From an uncultured bacterium (GTDB lineage Bacteria > Krumholzibacteriota > Krumholzibacteriia > JACNKJ01): a stretch of DNA of 64,000 nucleotides. The DNA is taken from the NCBI GenBank assembly GCA_963695095.1, contig CAVOFT010000001.1, positions 1,952,001 to 2,016,000 on the forward strand, read 5' to 3'. The position numbers and the translations under genes are program-made. Below the pieces are notes generated by a model, which saw only the letters and a program-made list of their open reading frames with translations, did no database searches and was not told the origin of the DNA. Positions 20,801 through 30,766 of this stretch are shown piece by piece (positions within the stretch are counted from its first letter, which is position 1; the number at the start of each line of letters is the position of its first letter).

Positions 20801-22713
20801 TGCGGCCGGCCGCCGGCACGCCGGTCCGCGAGCAGCCGGTCCCCCTGCAGGGCAGCCTCGACCCGGGCGGCGATGCTCGGGCCGTCCAATCCCGCCTGCG
20901 CGAGCAGTGCCCCCCGCGGGCCCTGTGGGCTGAAAGCCGCCGGCAGACTCAACGACAGCACGCGCGGGCCCCAGCCGCGTTCGCGATAGAAGCGCAGCAC
21001 GGCCTCCCCGAAGCCCCCCACCGGGCTGGCCTCCTCGACCGTGACGATCAGATCGCTTGCCTCCGTGAAACGCCCCAGCGCGTCCGTGTCCAGGGGGGCC
21101 AGGAAGCGCGCATCGACGAGACCCGGGTCCAGGCCGCGCTCGGCGAGCAGCGTCGCCGCCTGCGCGCAGGCGGCCACCATGCTCCCCAGCGCCCAGAGCT
21201 GAGGCCCCTTGCCCTCGCGCAGGACGCGGCTTCGCCCCAGCGGCAGCGCCAGCAAGGGCGCTCGCTCGGCCAGGCCCCAGGCGGCGCTGCGCGGATAGCG
21301 CAGCGCGATCGGCCCTGCCTCGTGCGCGACGGCCGTGGCCAGCATGCGGCGCAGTTCATTCTCATCGCCGGGCGCCATCACCGTCATCCCGGGCACGAGG
21401 CTCAGGTAGCCGAGGTCGAGCACGCCATGGTGCGTGGGCCCGTCCTCGCCCACCAGACCCGCGCGGTCGAGGGCGAAGATCACGGGCAGCTTCTGCAGGG
21501 CGACATCGTGGATGATCTGATCGAAGGCGCGCTGCAGGAATGTGGAGTAGATCGCCACGACGGGCCTGAGCCCGTCGGCAGCCAGGCCGGCGGCGAAGGT
21601 GACGGCGTGCGGCTCGGCGATGCCGACGTCGAAGAAGCGCTCCGGGAAGCGGGCGGCGAAGGCCGCGAGGCCCGTGCCCTCGGCCATGGCGGCGCTGATC
21701 GCCACGACGCGGGGATCGGCGGTTGCCAGCTCCACCATCGCCTCGCCGAAAGCCTGCGTGTAGCTGATCGGCGCCGGCGAGTTGTCGCCGAGCTTGGCGC
21801 CGGTCTCGCGCACGAAAGGCGCGAAGCCATGGTACTTCGCCGGATTCGATTCGGCGAAGGAGCAGCCCTTGCCTTTGCGCGAGAGCACGTGCAGGAAGAC
21901 GGGTTCCTCGATATGCGAGAGCTGGCGCAGGGTGCGCACGAGCAGGGGGATGTCATGGCCATCGAGGGGGCCGAAGTACTTGAAGCCGAAGTCCTCGAAG
22001 AAGTTGCTGGGCAGTACCATGTGCTTGAGGCCGTACTTGGTGCGGCTGGCCAGGGCCCGCAGCCGCTTGCCGACACGCGGCACGCCGCCCAGCGCCCGCC
22101 AGGCGCGGCCCTCCAGGCGCAGGAAGGTGCGCGTCGCCGTGAGTCGGGTCAAGATCCGGCTGATGGAGCCGACGTTGGGCGAGATCGACATCTCGTTGTC
22201 GTTGAGAATGACGAGGAGCCGCCCGGCGTGCGCACGCGTGTTGTTGATGGCCTCGTAGACCATGCCGCCCGTCGCGGCGCCGTCGCCCAGGATCGCGACC
22301 GTCTGCCGCTCCTCGCCGCGCAGGCGCGCGCCCTGCGAGAAGCCGAGCGCGGCGCTGAGCGCCGTGCAGGCGTGGCCGGCGCCAAAGTGATCGTAGGGGC
22401 TCTCGCTGCGCTTGAGAAAGCCGCTGAGGCCGCCCTCCTGCCTCAGGGTGCCGAAGCGTTCTCGCCGCCCGGTCAGCAGCTTGTGGGCATAGGCCTGATG
22501 GCCCGTGTCCCAGACGAGGCGCGTGCTTTCCTCCGGGAAGACATGCTGGACGGCGATCGCCAGATCCACCGCCCCCAGGCTGGCGGCGAGGTGGCCGCCG
22601 TTCTGGGCGCAGACGCGGATGATCTCTTCGCGGATCTCTTCGGCGAGCCGAGGCAGTGCCTCCACGGGGAGCGCGGCCACGTCGCGGGGGCTGTGGATAC
22701 CATCCAGGAGCAT
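20797..22713 (-). CDS. dxs: 1-deoxy-D-xylulose-5-phosphate synthase
   Basis: GGHLAASLG, WDTGHQAYAHK, LNDNEMSI, DRAGLVGEDGPTHHG. Confidence 0.97.
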   Translation of the reverse strand: MLLDGIHSPRDVAALPVEALPRLAEEIREEIIRVCAQNGGHLAASLGAVDLAIAVQHVFPEESTRLVWDTGHQAYAHKLLTGRRERFGTLRQEGGLSGFLKRSESPYDHFGAGHACTALSAALGFSQGARLRGEERQTVAILGDGAATGGMVYEAINNTRAHAGRLLVILNDNEMSISPNVGSISRILTRLTATRTFLRLEGRAWRALGGVPRVGKRLRALASRTKYGLKHMVLPSNFFEDFGFKYFGPLDGHDIPLLVRTLRQLSHIEEPVFLHVLSRKGKGCSFAESNPAKYHGFAPFVRETGAKLGDNSPAPISYTQAFGEAMVELATADPRVVAISAAMAEGTGLAAFAARFPERFFDVGIAEPHAVTFAAGLAADGLRPVVAIYSTFLQRAFDQIIHDVALQKLPVIFALDRAGLVGEDGPTHHGVLDLGYLSLVPGMTVMAPGDENELRRMLATAVAHEAGPIALRYPRSAAWGLAERAPLLALPLGRSRVLREGKGPQLWALGSMVAACAQAATLLAERGLDPGLVDARFLAPLDTDALGRFTEASDLIVTVEEASPVGGFGEAVLRFYRERGWGPRVLSLSLPAAFSPQGPRGALLAQAGLDGPSIAARVEAALQGDRLLADRRAGGRPQ

Positions 22714-22743
22714 CGTCTCGGCTTTCGCGGGCGTTGGGTCACA

Positions 22744-23175
22744 CTACCAAGGCCAGGCATCGAGCGCAAGCAGGGCGCGTTCCACCAGGCGGCCAAGCAT
22801 GGCCCCCGCCAGCAGGGCCACCCAGGCCCGCACCGGACTTTGCCCGAGGAGGGCGCTGAGCCGGTGTTCAAGGGAGAAACTCGAGCCCAGTTCCATCAGG
22901 ATGCCGGCCTGCTGCCCGGCGGCGCGCTTGACGCCCGAGGTGTCGTAGAGGATCACCGCCGTGTAGCCCAGGCTGACCGCCGTGTACACGCTGCTCCAGC
23001 CCGTGGCCCGTGCCAACTGCAGGCTCAGGCAGCCGGCGAGCAGGGGATGCAGGCTCGGAAAGCTCTCGAAATCGGCGAGGCGTCCCGGGCGCCAGCGGCG
23101 CGCGCGCAGCGAATGGAAGGCGAGCTTGAGCAGCTGCCCCAGGGCGCCCGTGAAGGCAAGCGGCGCGAGGATCAT
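22744..23175 (-). CDS. Divergent PAP2 family membrane protein (DUF212-like)
   Basis: FPSLH, YDTSGVKRAAGQQA; typical position between ispA and dxs. Confidence 0.75.
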   Translation of the reverse strand: MILAPLAFTGALGQLLKLAFHSLRARRWRPGRLADFESFPSLHPLLAGCLSLQLARATGWSSVYTAVSLGYTAVILYDTSGVKRAAGQQAGILMELGSSFSLEHRLSALLGQSPVRAWVALLAGAMLGRLVERALLALDAWPW

Positions 23176-24065
23176 CAGGAGCGCCTCTCCACCAGGCGCC
23201 TGGCGAGGTCGCGCAGCGGCTCGGCCGCCTCGCCTGGCGGCAGGAGCGCCAGGGCCCGCGCCAGTCGCGCGGCGCACTCCTGCCGCGTCGCCGCCGCGCC
23301 TTGCACCGCGGTCAGGGTGAGCTTGCCCTGCGCCCGATCCTTGCCCGGGGTCTTTCCCAGTTCCTCGCGGCTGGCCTCGTCGTCGAGCAGGTCGTCGATG
23401 GCCTGGAAGGCCAGGCCGAGTTCGCGCCCCACCTCCCCCAGGGGCCTCAGGGCCGCCGGCGACAGACGACCCAGGCGTCCGCCAAGCAGGAGGCTGACGC
23501 GGATCAGCGCCGCCGTCTTGCGCGCGTGGATCCACTGCACCTGGTCGAGGGCGCTCATGCCGGGCGGGGGTTCGAGATCCCCCGCCTGCCCGCCCACGAG
23601 CTGGAGCGGACCGGCGGCGGCGGCGAACTCGGCGAGCGCTGCCAGCGCGCTCGCCCGCGGGAGCTTGGCCGTGGCGACTGCGGACAGGAGTTGGGCGAAG
23701 GCCGCGGCCTGCAGGGCGTCGCCGGCCAGGATGGCCATCGCCTCGCCATAGACGCGGTGGCAGGTCGGCCGGCCGCGGCGCAGATCGTCGTCGTCCATGG
23801 CGGGCAGATCATCGTGGATGAGCGAATAGGCATGGAGCATCTCGAGGGCGGCACCGCCGGCGAGGGCCACGCCTTCGTCGTAGCGGCCCAGCAACATGCC
23901 GCCGGCCAGCAGCTGCGCGCGCAGGCGCTTGCCTCCACCCAGGAGCCCGTGGGCCATCGCCGCGCGCAGTCGGGGATGGCAGTCCGCCGCCGGCGGCAGC
24001 GCGGCCGCCAGGGCCGGCTCAAGGGCCTCCAGGTAGGCGGCCAGGGTGGCGGCGGCCTTCGTCAC
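23175..24065 (-). CDS. ispA: Farnesyl/geranylgeranyl diphosphate synthase
   Basis: GGKRLR, SLIHDDLPAMDDDDLRRGRPT, FQAIDDLLD, GKTPGKD. Confidence 0.93.
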   Translation of the reverse strand: MTKAAATLAAYLEALEPALAAALPPAADCHPRLRAAMAHGLLGGGKRLRAQLLAGGMLLGRYDEGVALAGGAALEMLHAYSLIHDDLPAMDDDDLRRGRPTCHRVYGEAMAILAGDALQAAAFAQLLSAVATAKLPRASALAALAEFAAAAGPLQLVGGQAGDLEPPPGMSALDQVQWIHARKTAALIRVSLLLGGRLGRLSPAALRPLGEVGRELGLAFQAIDDLLDDEASREELGKTPGKDRAQGKLTLTAVQGAAATRQECAARLARALALLPPGEAAEPLRDLARRLVERRS

Positions 24066-24943
24066 GCCAGCCGCTCCGCCAGGCCCTGCCGGCGCTGGCA
24101 GGCGATGAGTGTGTTGCGCAGGAGCATGGCCACGGTGAGCGGCCCCACGCCGCCCGGCACGGGCGTGATCGCCGCCGCCTTGGCGGCGATGCCTGCGAAA
24201 TCGCAGTCGCCGACGAGGCGGTAGCCGCGCGGCGCGCTGGGGTCCTCGACGCGGTTCATGCCCACGTCCACCACCACCACGCCCGGCTTCACCCAGTCCG
24301 CACGCACCAGCTCCGGGCTCCCCACCGCGGCAATGAGAATGTCCGCCTCGCGGCAGCGCAGAGGCAGGTCGCGGCTCGCGCTGTGGCAAACAGTGACCGT
24401 CGCATCGCCGAGAGCGTGCTTCTCGAGGAAGAGCAGCGCCGCCGGCTTGCCCACGATGAGGCTGCGGCCGAGGATCACGACGTGCTGACCGCGCGTCGGC
24501 ACGTCGCTGCGTCGCAACAGCTCCCGGATTCCTGCCGGCGTGCAGGGCGCGAAGCCGGGCAGCCCGGCGACCAGGCGGCCGAGATTGAGCGGGTGGAAGC
24601 CGTCCACATCCTTGTCGGGATCGAGCCGGAGCATGGCCTCGCCCGCGCTCAGACCGGCGGGCAAGGGCAGCTGGAGGATGATGCCGTCGGCGGGGCCCGC
24701 GCTCAGCGCGGCCAGCTCCCGGCCCAGCTCCGCCTGGCCGATGGCTGCCGGCAGCTGGCGGTGCTCGCCGCTGATACCCGTCAGCGCGCAGGCCCGCATC
24801 TTGTTGCGGATGTAGACATCGCTCGCCGCGTCGGCGCCCACCTGGACCACGGTCAGGCGCGGCGGCGCCGGGAGCGCCGCCACGCCCTCCCCGATCTCGG
24901 CCAGCAGCGCGTCCCGGATACGATTGCCGTCCAGCAGTCTCAT
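24062..24943 (-). CDS. folD: Methylenetetrahydrofolate dehydrogenase/cyclohydrolase
   Basis: KDVDGFHPLNLG, PCTPAG, GRSLIVGKP, TPVPGGVGPLT. Confidence 0.96.
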   Translation of the reverse strand: MRLLDGNRIRDALLAEIGEGVAALPAPPRLTVVQVGADAASDVYIRNKMRACALTGISGEHRQLPAAIGQAELGRELAALSAGPADGIILQLPLPAGLSAGEAMLRLDPDKDVDGFHPLNLGRLVAGLPGFAPCTPAGIRELLRRSDVPTRGQHVVILGRSLIVGKPAALLFLEKHALGDATVTVCHSASRDLPLRCREADILIAAVGSPELVRADWVKPGVVVVDVGMNRVEDPSAPRGYRLVGDCDFAGIAAKAAAITPVPGGVGPLTVAMLLRNTLIACQRRQGLAERLA

Positions 24944-25746
24944 GGCCCCTCTCCCGCGCCCGGGGTCCCGTCCGCCAGGGGGAGATCGATGCGCTGGATC
25001 GCCAGGGCCCGCCCGCTCGCTTCGAAGTCGACAAGCACTCCCTGCAGGCGCGGCTCGCCGGTGGCTACTTCGAAGCGGCGCAGGTTCTGGTGCAGGAAGC
25101 GATGGAGCACCGCCGCGCTGTCCATGCCGATGATGCCCCCGTGGGGACCGGTCATGCCGGCATCGCTGAGGAAGGCCGTCCCCTTGGCGAGGATGCGCTC
25201 GTCGGCTGTCTGCACGTGCGTGTGCGTGCCGATCACCGCCGTCACCCGGCCATCGAGGTAGTGCGCCAGCGCCGCCTTCTCGCTGCTCGCCTCCGCATGC
25301 ATGTCGACGAAGACGGGACCGCCCCGCCACTCCGCGAGCACGGCATCCGCGCAGCGGAAGGGGCAATCCACGGGCTGCATGAAGACGCGACCGATCAGGT
25401 TGAGCACGAGCAGTTCGCCCCCGCCCGGTAGGGGCAGCACGGCGCACCCGCTGCCCGGATTGCCCGGCGGATAGTTGTGCGGGCGCAGCGCCTCCCGGCC
25501 GCCGCCGGCCAGGTAGGCCGCGCCGTCGCGATTGTCGAAGCTGTGGTTGCCGCCCGTGCACAGGTCGACGCCGGCGCCCCGCAGATCGCGCAAGATCGCC
25601 GGTGTGAAGCCGGACCCGGCCGCCGCGTTCTCGATGTTGGCGATCACGAGCGCCGGGGCCAACTCGGCGCGCAAGCCCGGGAGCAAGCTCGTCAGCGCCC
25701 GCCGGCCGGGGCGGCCCATGATGTCGGCGATGAAGAGCAAGCGCAT
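24940..25746 (-). CDS. ymdB: YmdB-family metallophosphoesterase
   Basis: DIMGRPGR, NIENAA, GNHSFD, DMHAEASSEK, GTHTHVQTAD. Confidence 0.9.
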   Translation of the reverse strand: MRLLFIADIMGRPGRRALTSLLPGLRAELAPALVIANIENAAAGSGFTPAILRDLRGAGVDLCTGGNHSFDNRDGAAYLAGGGREALRPHNYPPGNPGSGCAVLPLPGGGELLVLNLIGRVFMQPVDCPFRCADAVLAEWRGGPVFVDMHAEASSEKAALAHYLDGRVTAVIGTHTHVQTADERILAKGTAFLSDAGMTGPHGGIIGMDSAAVLHRFLHQNLRRFEVATGEPRLQGVLVDFEASGRALAIQRIDLPLADGTPGAGEGP

Positions 25747-25801
25747 GGGGGCTACCTCGCGCCCGTCTCCCGCCGCAGCGCCGGCGGCCGGTCAGGGCAA
25801 G

Positions 25802-25978
25802 AAAATTCCCCACGCATTGCCGTGCGAGAATCTACCGCATGGGCCAAAGTTCCCATGGGGGAAGACCACACGACCGGTTCAGGTCGCCCGCGGGCACCAT
25901 CGGTCGGTCGGATTCGGCCTTCCAAAGTGAAGGTGTTGGCTCAGACGCTGTCTTCCCGCTCGAACACGGTAGGGAATC
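25802..25978 (-). ncRNA. ssrS: 6S RNA-like ncRNA plus downstream hairpin
   Basis: Canonical position after zapA; closing stem CTACCG/CGGTAG, GGGAAGAC/GTCTTCCC helix; own promoter TTGCCC-18-TATACT (extended -10) at 25986-26015. Confidence 0.7.
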
Positions 25979-26022
25979 TACAGGGAGTATACCAGGGCCT
26001 TCCGGTCCAGGGCAAGCTGCCC

Positions 26023-26334
26023 TCACTCATGGCCGCCAGCCGCCTCGCCCCGCGGCTCGTCGTCGAAGAGGCGCAGCAAGCGCGCCGCCTTTTCCTCCAC
26101 GGCGGGCCCATTCGACTCACGCTGCCCACGTTCGCGATGGAGTTCGTCCGCGATAGTGAAGGCCGCGAGGATGGCGATGCGCAAGGGCGAAACCTGCCGC
26201 CCGCTGGCCGCGATCTCCTTCATCGTCCGATCGACGTAGTCGGCGAGCTGCCGGATATGCTCGGCATCGGCATCCCCGCGCACGCGGTAGTCGTTGCCGA
26301 AGATGCTCACCTGGACGCGCGCTTCACTGGACAT
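26023..26334 (-). CDS. zapA: Cell division protein ZapA
   Basis: VSIFGNDY, LADYVDRTMKEI, IAILAAFTIADEL; follows pheT. Confidence 0.9.
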   Translation of the reverse strand: MSSEARVQVSIFGNDYRVRGDADAEHIRQLADYVDRTMKEIAASGRQVSPLRIAILAAFTIADELHRERGQRESNGPAVEEKAARLLRLFDDEPRGEAAGGHE

Positions 26335-26364
26335 CGCCACCTCCCGGTGCCGCGCTGCGGCTGC

Positions 26365-26622
26365 TTAGAGTTCGAGCAGCTCGAACTTCGCCAGGATGCC
26401 GTCCACGCGCCCGCGCAGGGAGTGCAGGTCGGCGCCATGGTGCTCAGCCTCCCCGAGACGGCCCTGCAGGCGCTGCAATTCCTCATGCATGCCGGACTTC
26501 TCCGCCTCGAGCGCCTGCAGCCGGGCTTGAAGGTCCTGATTTTCCCGGCTCACCTGCTGAAGGCGCTCCAGGGCCTGGCCGATCTTCTGCTCGAGGATGT
26601 CGAGATTCGAAAGCTCGCTCAC
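26365..26622 (-). CDS. ZapB-like coiled-coil protein
   Basis: Heptad repeats LEQKIGQALERLQQ; between pheT and zapA; GAGG RBS before GTG. Confidence 0.7.
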   Translation of the reverse strand: MSELSNLDILEQKIGQALERLQQVSRENQDLQARLQALEAEKSGMHEELQRLQGRLGEAEHHGADLHSLRGRVDGILAKFELLEL

Positions 26623-26662
26623 GCTACACCTCATGCTGTCGTGCAAGTCCGAGGCGATCTTG

Positions 26663-29062
26663 TCACGATCGCAAGCTGACCCGCAAGGTTTTGTTGAGCG
26701 CCGCCAGGATGCGCTCCAGCAGCTTCTCGACCGGCTTGTCCGTCAGGGTCCCCTCCGCGGAGCGGAAGCTGAGCCGAACCGCCAGACTCGCCTGTCCCGC
26801 GGGCAGCTCGCTGCCGCGGTAGATGTCGAAGAGCTCGCAGGACTCGAGGAGCTTGCCGCCCGCGCTCTCGATGCAGGCCGCGACGGCCTCCCAGCGCATC
26901 GTGTCCGGCACCAGCAGCGCCAGATCTCGCCGCAGGGCCGGATACGCGGGCAGCGGCGCATAGCGCACGGCCGGCGTGTCGGCGCGCAGCGGCGAGAAGA
27001 ACTCGCCGACGAAGACCTCGCGCTTCTGCTTCATCTCGGTCAGCAGCGAAGGACGCAGCAGTCCCCCTTGCCCCACCAGGGCCTCGCCTTCATGCACGCG
27101 GAAGCAGGCGCCGCGCACGAAGTAGGGATCGGCCTCTTCGTAGCTGAAGCGCAGGTCGCGGCGCTGGGCCGCGCCCCAGGCGAGCACGATGCCGCGCAGG
27201 TCGGCCAGGGAGAGCGCCGCGCTGGCCCGGCTCCAGTGCGGCGGGGCCGTGTGCCCCGTCAGCAGCACGAGCAGCTGTCGCGTCTCCAGAGGCAAGCGCT
27301 CCCCCGCCCGGGCCTGGTAGACGCGGCCGTACTCGTACAGGCGCAGCTCGTCCTGCCCGCGATGGCAATTCGTGAGCAGGACCTCGAGCATGCCCGGCAG
27401 CAGGCTGGTGCGCAGCACCGCATTGAAGCTGACCAGCGGATTGCGCAGGAGCACCGCCGCCCGCCGCGCGTCCTCGGCGGCCAATCCCAGCGCGTCCAGA
27501 TGGCGGCGATCCATGAAGCTGCTGGTGAGCACCTCCTGGCAGCCGCAGCCGACGAGGAGGGCATGCAGCGCGGTCTCGGCGCGCTCGTGGGCGCTCAGGG
27601 AGCCATAGAGGCTGTTCCGCACCCGGTTTTCCCGGGGCAGCGCGCCGAAGCCGTGCAGACGCGCGACCTCTTCGATCAGATCCACCTCGGCTTCGAGGTC
27701 GCCGCGGAAGTCGGGCACGCTGACCTGCAGGCCATCGCCGGCGGACGCAGCCGGCAGTTCCAGCCGGGCGAGCAGGCCGGCGATCTCCGTCGCGCTGAGG
27801 GCGGTACCCATCAGGGCATTCACACGCGCAGGGCGCAGCACGATGCGCCGCACCGGCCGCGGCGTCGCCTCCTGGTCATCCGCCACGGCGGCGGCCTCGG
27901 CCCCGGCCAGGTCCACGAGCAGGGCCGTTGCGCGCGCGCTCGCCAAGGCCGCCGTCGAGCCCGCCGTGCCCCGCTCGAAGCGGTAGGACGAATCCGTGCT
28001 CAGATCGTGCCGGCGCCGGCTGCCGCGGATCGCGCGTGGCGCGAAGACTGCACTCTCCAGGACCAGCTCGCGCGTTGCGTCGGTCACCTTCGAGGCATCG
28101 CCGCCCATCACGCCGGCCAGGGCGACGGGCGATTGGCCGTCGGCGATCACGAGATCCGCCGCCGTCAGCTGCAGTTCCTCCTCGTCCAGGGTGAGCAGCC
28201 GTTCGCCCACCGCGGCGCGCCTGACGACGATGCGGCCGTCGCGCAGACAGGCCGCATCGAAGGCATGGAGGGGGTGACCGGTCTCGAAGAGGACGTAGTT
28301 CGTGATGTCCACCACGTTGTTGATCGCGCGCTTGCCCAGAAGGGCCAGCCGGCGCTGCAGCCAGGCGGGGCTGGGGCCGACCGCGATGCCCCGCAGCCGC
28401 CGCGCGATGTAGCGCGGGCAGCCCGCCGGATCCCGGATCTCCACGGGCACCGGCGGGAGCGCCGTCAGCGCTGCGGGAGGGACGTCGGTCACGGGCGGGC
28501 GCAAAGGGCTCGCGTAGAGCGCGGCCACTTCGCGGGCGACGCCGAGGACGCCGAGCTGATCGGGCCGATTCGGCGTCACCTCGATCGTCAGCAGCCAGTC
28601 CTCCTCGCCGAAGTGCGCGGCCAGCGGAGTCCCGGGCGCGGCGTCGAAGGCGAGTTCCATGATCCCGCCGGCATCCTCGCCGAGGCCGAGTTCGCGGGCC
28701 GAGCAGATCATGCCCTGGGACAGCTCGCCGCGCAGCTTGCCCTGCTTGATCAGCGTGCCATCGGGCAGGCTCGCCCCCGCCGGAATGACCGCCACTTCCA
28801 GGCCGGCGCGCACGTTGGGGGCGCCGCAGACGATCTGCAGGGGCCGCTCGGCGCCGATGTCCACGCTGCAAACAGAAAGCTTGTCCGCGTTCGGGTGCCG
28901 CTCGCTCGCGAGCACACGGCCGATGCGCAGAGCCGCGAAGGGATTGGGCCGGTGCTCGAGGCTCTCCACGTTGAGACCGAGCATGGTGAGATCCTCGGCC
29001 AGCCGGGGCGCCGCCACCGGGACGTCGACGTACTCGCGCAGCCAGTTCAGGCTGATCAGCAT
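26663..29062 (-). CDS. pheT: Phenylalanine--tRNA ligase beta subunit
   Basis: ISLNWLREY, HPNADKL, CGAPNV, TPNRPD, INNVVDITNYV, FDX-ACB tail. Confidence 0.97.
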   Translation of the reverse strand: MLISLNWLREYVDVPVAAPRLAEDLTMLGLNVESLEHRPNPFAALRIGRVLASERHPNADKLSVCSVDIGAERPLQIVCGAPNVRAGLEVAVIPAGASLPDGTLIKQGKLRGELSQGMICSARELGLGEDAGGIMELAFDAAPGTPLAAHFGEEDWLLTIEVTPNRPDQLGVLGVAREVAALYASPLRPPVTDVPPAALTALPPVPVEIRDPAGCPRYIARRLRGIAVGPSPAWLQRRLALLGKRAINNVVDITNYVLFETGHPLHAFDAACLRDGRIVVRRAAVGERLLTLDEEELQLTAADLVIADGQSPVALAGVMGGDASKVTDATRELVLESAVFAPRAIRGSRRRHDLSTDSSYRFERGTAGSTAALASARATALLVDLAGAEAAAVADDQEATPRPVRRIVLRPARVNALMGTALSATEIAGLLARLELPAASAGDGLQVSVPDFRGDLEAEVDLIEEVARLHGFGALPRENRVRNSLYGSLSAHERAETALHALLVGCGCQEVLTSSFMDRRHLDALGLAAEDARRAAVLLRNPLVSFNAVLRTSLLPGMLEVLLTNCHRGQDELRLYEYGRVYQARAGERLPLETRQLLVLLTGHTAPPHWSRASAALSLADLRGIVLAWGAAQRRDLRFSYEEADPYFVRGACFRVHEGEALVGQGGLLRPSLLTEMKQKREVFVGEFFSPLRADTPAVRYAPLPAYPALRRDLALLVPDTMRWEAVAACIESAGGKLLESCELFDIYRGSELPAGQASLAVRLSFRSAEGTLTDKPVEKLLERILAALNKTLRVSLRS

Positions 29063-29071
29063 CGCTCGCTC

Positions 29072-30085
29072 CTAGAACTGGGAGAGGAAGCGCAGGTCGT
29101 TCTCGAGGAACAGGCGGATGTCCTCGATGCCGTGCCGGAGCATCGCGATGCGCTCCACCCCCATCCCGAACGCAAAGCCCGTCACCTGCTCGGGGTCGTA
29201 GCCCGCGGCGGCGAAGACGTGCGGGTGCACCATGCCGGCGCCCAGCACCTCGATCCAGCCCGTATTGCCGCAGATGCGGCAGCCCTCGCCGCCGCAGCCG
29301 AAGCAGACCATGTCGGCCTCGGCGCTCGGCTCCGTGAAGGGAAAGAAGTGCGGCCGAAAGCGCAAGCGCGCCTGGCGGCCGAAGTACTCGAAGGCGAACT
29401 GCTGCAGCGAGGTGACCAGGTCGCCCATCGTCACGCCAGCATCGACATAGAGACCTTCCACCTGATGGAATTCCGCGGCGTGCGAGGCATCGATCGCCTC
29501 GTTGCGGTAGACGCGGCCGGGCACCACGATGCGCAGGGGAGGCGGATGCGTCTCCATGTAGCGGAGCTGGACGGGGCTGGTGTGCGTGCGCAGTAGCACC
29601 TCGTCGTCGACGTAGAAGGTGTCCTGCGCGTCGCGGGAGGGGTGATCCGCGGGGAAGTTCAGCTTCTCGAAGTTGTAGGCGTCCAGTTCGACCTCGGGGC
29701 CGTCCGCCACCGAGAAGCCCATGCCGCGGAAGATGTCGACGATCTCCGCGAGGGCGACCGCGAGCACATGCCGCCGCCCCCGCCAGGGGGCCCGCCCCGG
29801 CAAGCTGGGATCGAAGCCCGGCGGCAAGGCGCTCTCGGCGCGCAGCAGCAGCGCCGCTTTCGCCTCCGCGATGCGCGTCTCCACCTCGGACTGGAAGCCG
29901 TGAATGGCCTTGCCGAGCTCCGGTCGCTCCGCCGGCGCCGCGGCGCTCAGGCGCTGGAAGAGCCCGGCCAGGATTCCCTTCCGGCCCAGGTAACGCACGC
30001 GAAAGGCCTCCAGCGCCCCTTCGTCGCCCAGCCGCGCAGCATCCGCGGCGAACGCAGCCCGCAACTCAGCCAGCTCGGCCAGCAC
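29072..30085 (-). CDS. pheS: Phenylalanine--tRNA ligase alpha subunit
   Basis: LLRTHTSPVQ, FHQVEG, FPFTEPS, GFAFGMGVER. Confidence 0.97.
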   Translation of the reverse strand: MLAELAELRAAFAADAARLGDEGALEAFRVRYLGRKGILAGLFQRLSAAAPAERPELGKAIHGFQSEVETRIAEAKAALLLRAESALPPGFDPSLPGRAPWRGRRHVLAVALAEIVDIFRGMGFSVADGPEVELDAYNFEKLNFPADHPSRDAQDTFYVDDEVLLRTHTSPVQLRYMETHPPPLRIVVPGRVYRNEAIDASHAAEFHQVEGLYVDAGVTMGDLVTSLQQFAFEYFGRQARLRFRPHFFPFTEPSAEADMVCFGCGGEGCRICGNTGWIEVLGAGMVHPHVFAAAGYDPEQVTGFAFGMGVERIAMLRHGIEDIRLFLENDLRFLSQF

Positions 30086-30094
30086 GGCTTCTCC

Positions 30095-30460
30095 CTAGCT
30101 GGCTTGCGCCAGCTCGGCCTGCACTTTCTGCGCGAGCAGGCGGAAGGCCGGCGGATCGTTCACGGCCAGCTCCGCCAGCTGCTTGCGATCGAGCTCGACG
30201 GCCAAGCGCTTCAGGCCCGAGATGAACTTGCTGTAGCTGAGACCGTGCTCATGGACCGCCGCGTTGATGCGCACGATCCAGAGCCGCCGGAACTGGCCCT
30301 TGCGGTCGCGCCGATCGCGGTAGGCATAGACACCAGCCCTGTGGACGGCTTCCGTACCCTGGCGGATGCTGTTCTTGCGCTTGCCCAAGTAGCCCTTGGC
30401 GCGGGTGAGCATGCGCTTGCGGCGGGCGCGCGAGGCGACGTTGTTGGTAGCGCGGGACAT
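30095..30460 (-). CDS. rplT: 50S ribosomal protein L20
   Basis: YAYRDRR, FRRLWIVRINAA, YSKFISGL. Confidence 0.97.
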   Translation of the reverse strand: MSRATNNVASRARRKRMLTRAKGYLGKRKNSIRQGTEAVHRAGVYAYRDRRDRKGQFRRLWIVRINAAVHEHGLSYSKFISGLKRLAVELDRKQLAELAVNDPPAFRLLAQKVQAELAQAS

Positions 30461-30518
30461 ACTGGTTCCTCCTCGTGGATGCTGCTTGGTCTGGGGAAAA
30501 CGCGCCGGAGCCGGCCAG

Positions 30519-30716
30519 CTACTCGGCCAGGATCATGCGCTTGATGCGGGCGCTATCGGCCGGGCTGGCCAGCGTGGCATCGCGCAGGTTGCGCTTCCGC
30601 TTCGCGCTCTTTTTGGTCAAGATGTGGTTTGCGAAGGCCTTGTTGCGGCGAATCTTGCCCTTCCCCGTCGTGCGGAACCGCTTCCGGGCGGCCCGATTGC
30701 TCTTCATCTTGGGCAT
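30519..30716 (-). CDS. rpmI: 50S ribosomal protein L35
   Basis: [26 protein letters not shown]. Confidence 0.97.
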   Translation of the reverse strand: MPKMKSNRAARKRFRTTGKGKIRRNKAFANHILTKKSAKRKRNLRDATLASPADSARIKRMILAE

Positions 30717-30766
30717 GTGTCCTCCTCACCGGCCTCTGGCCGGCGCGTTGCGGTTCTCCCGAGCGA

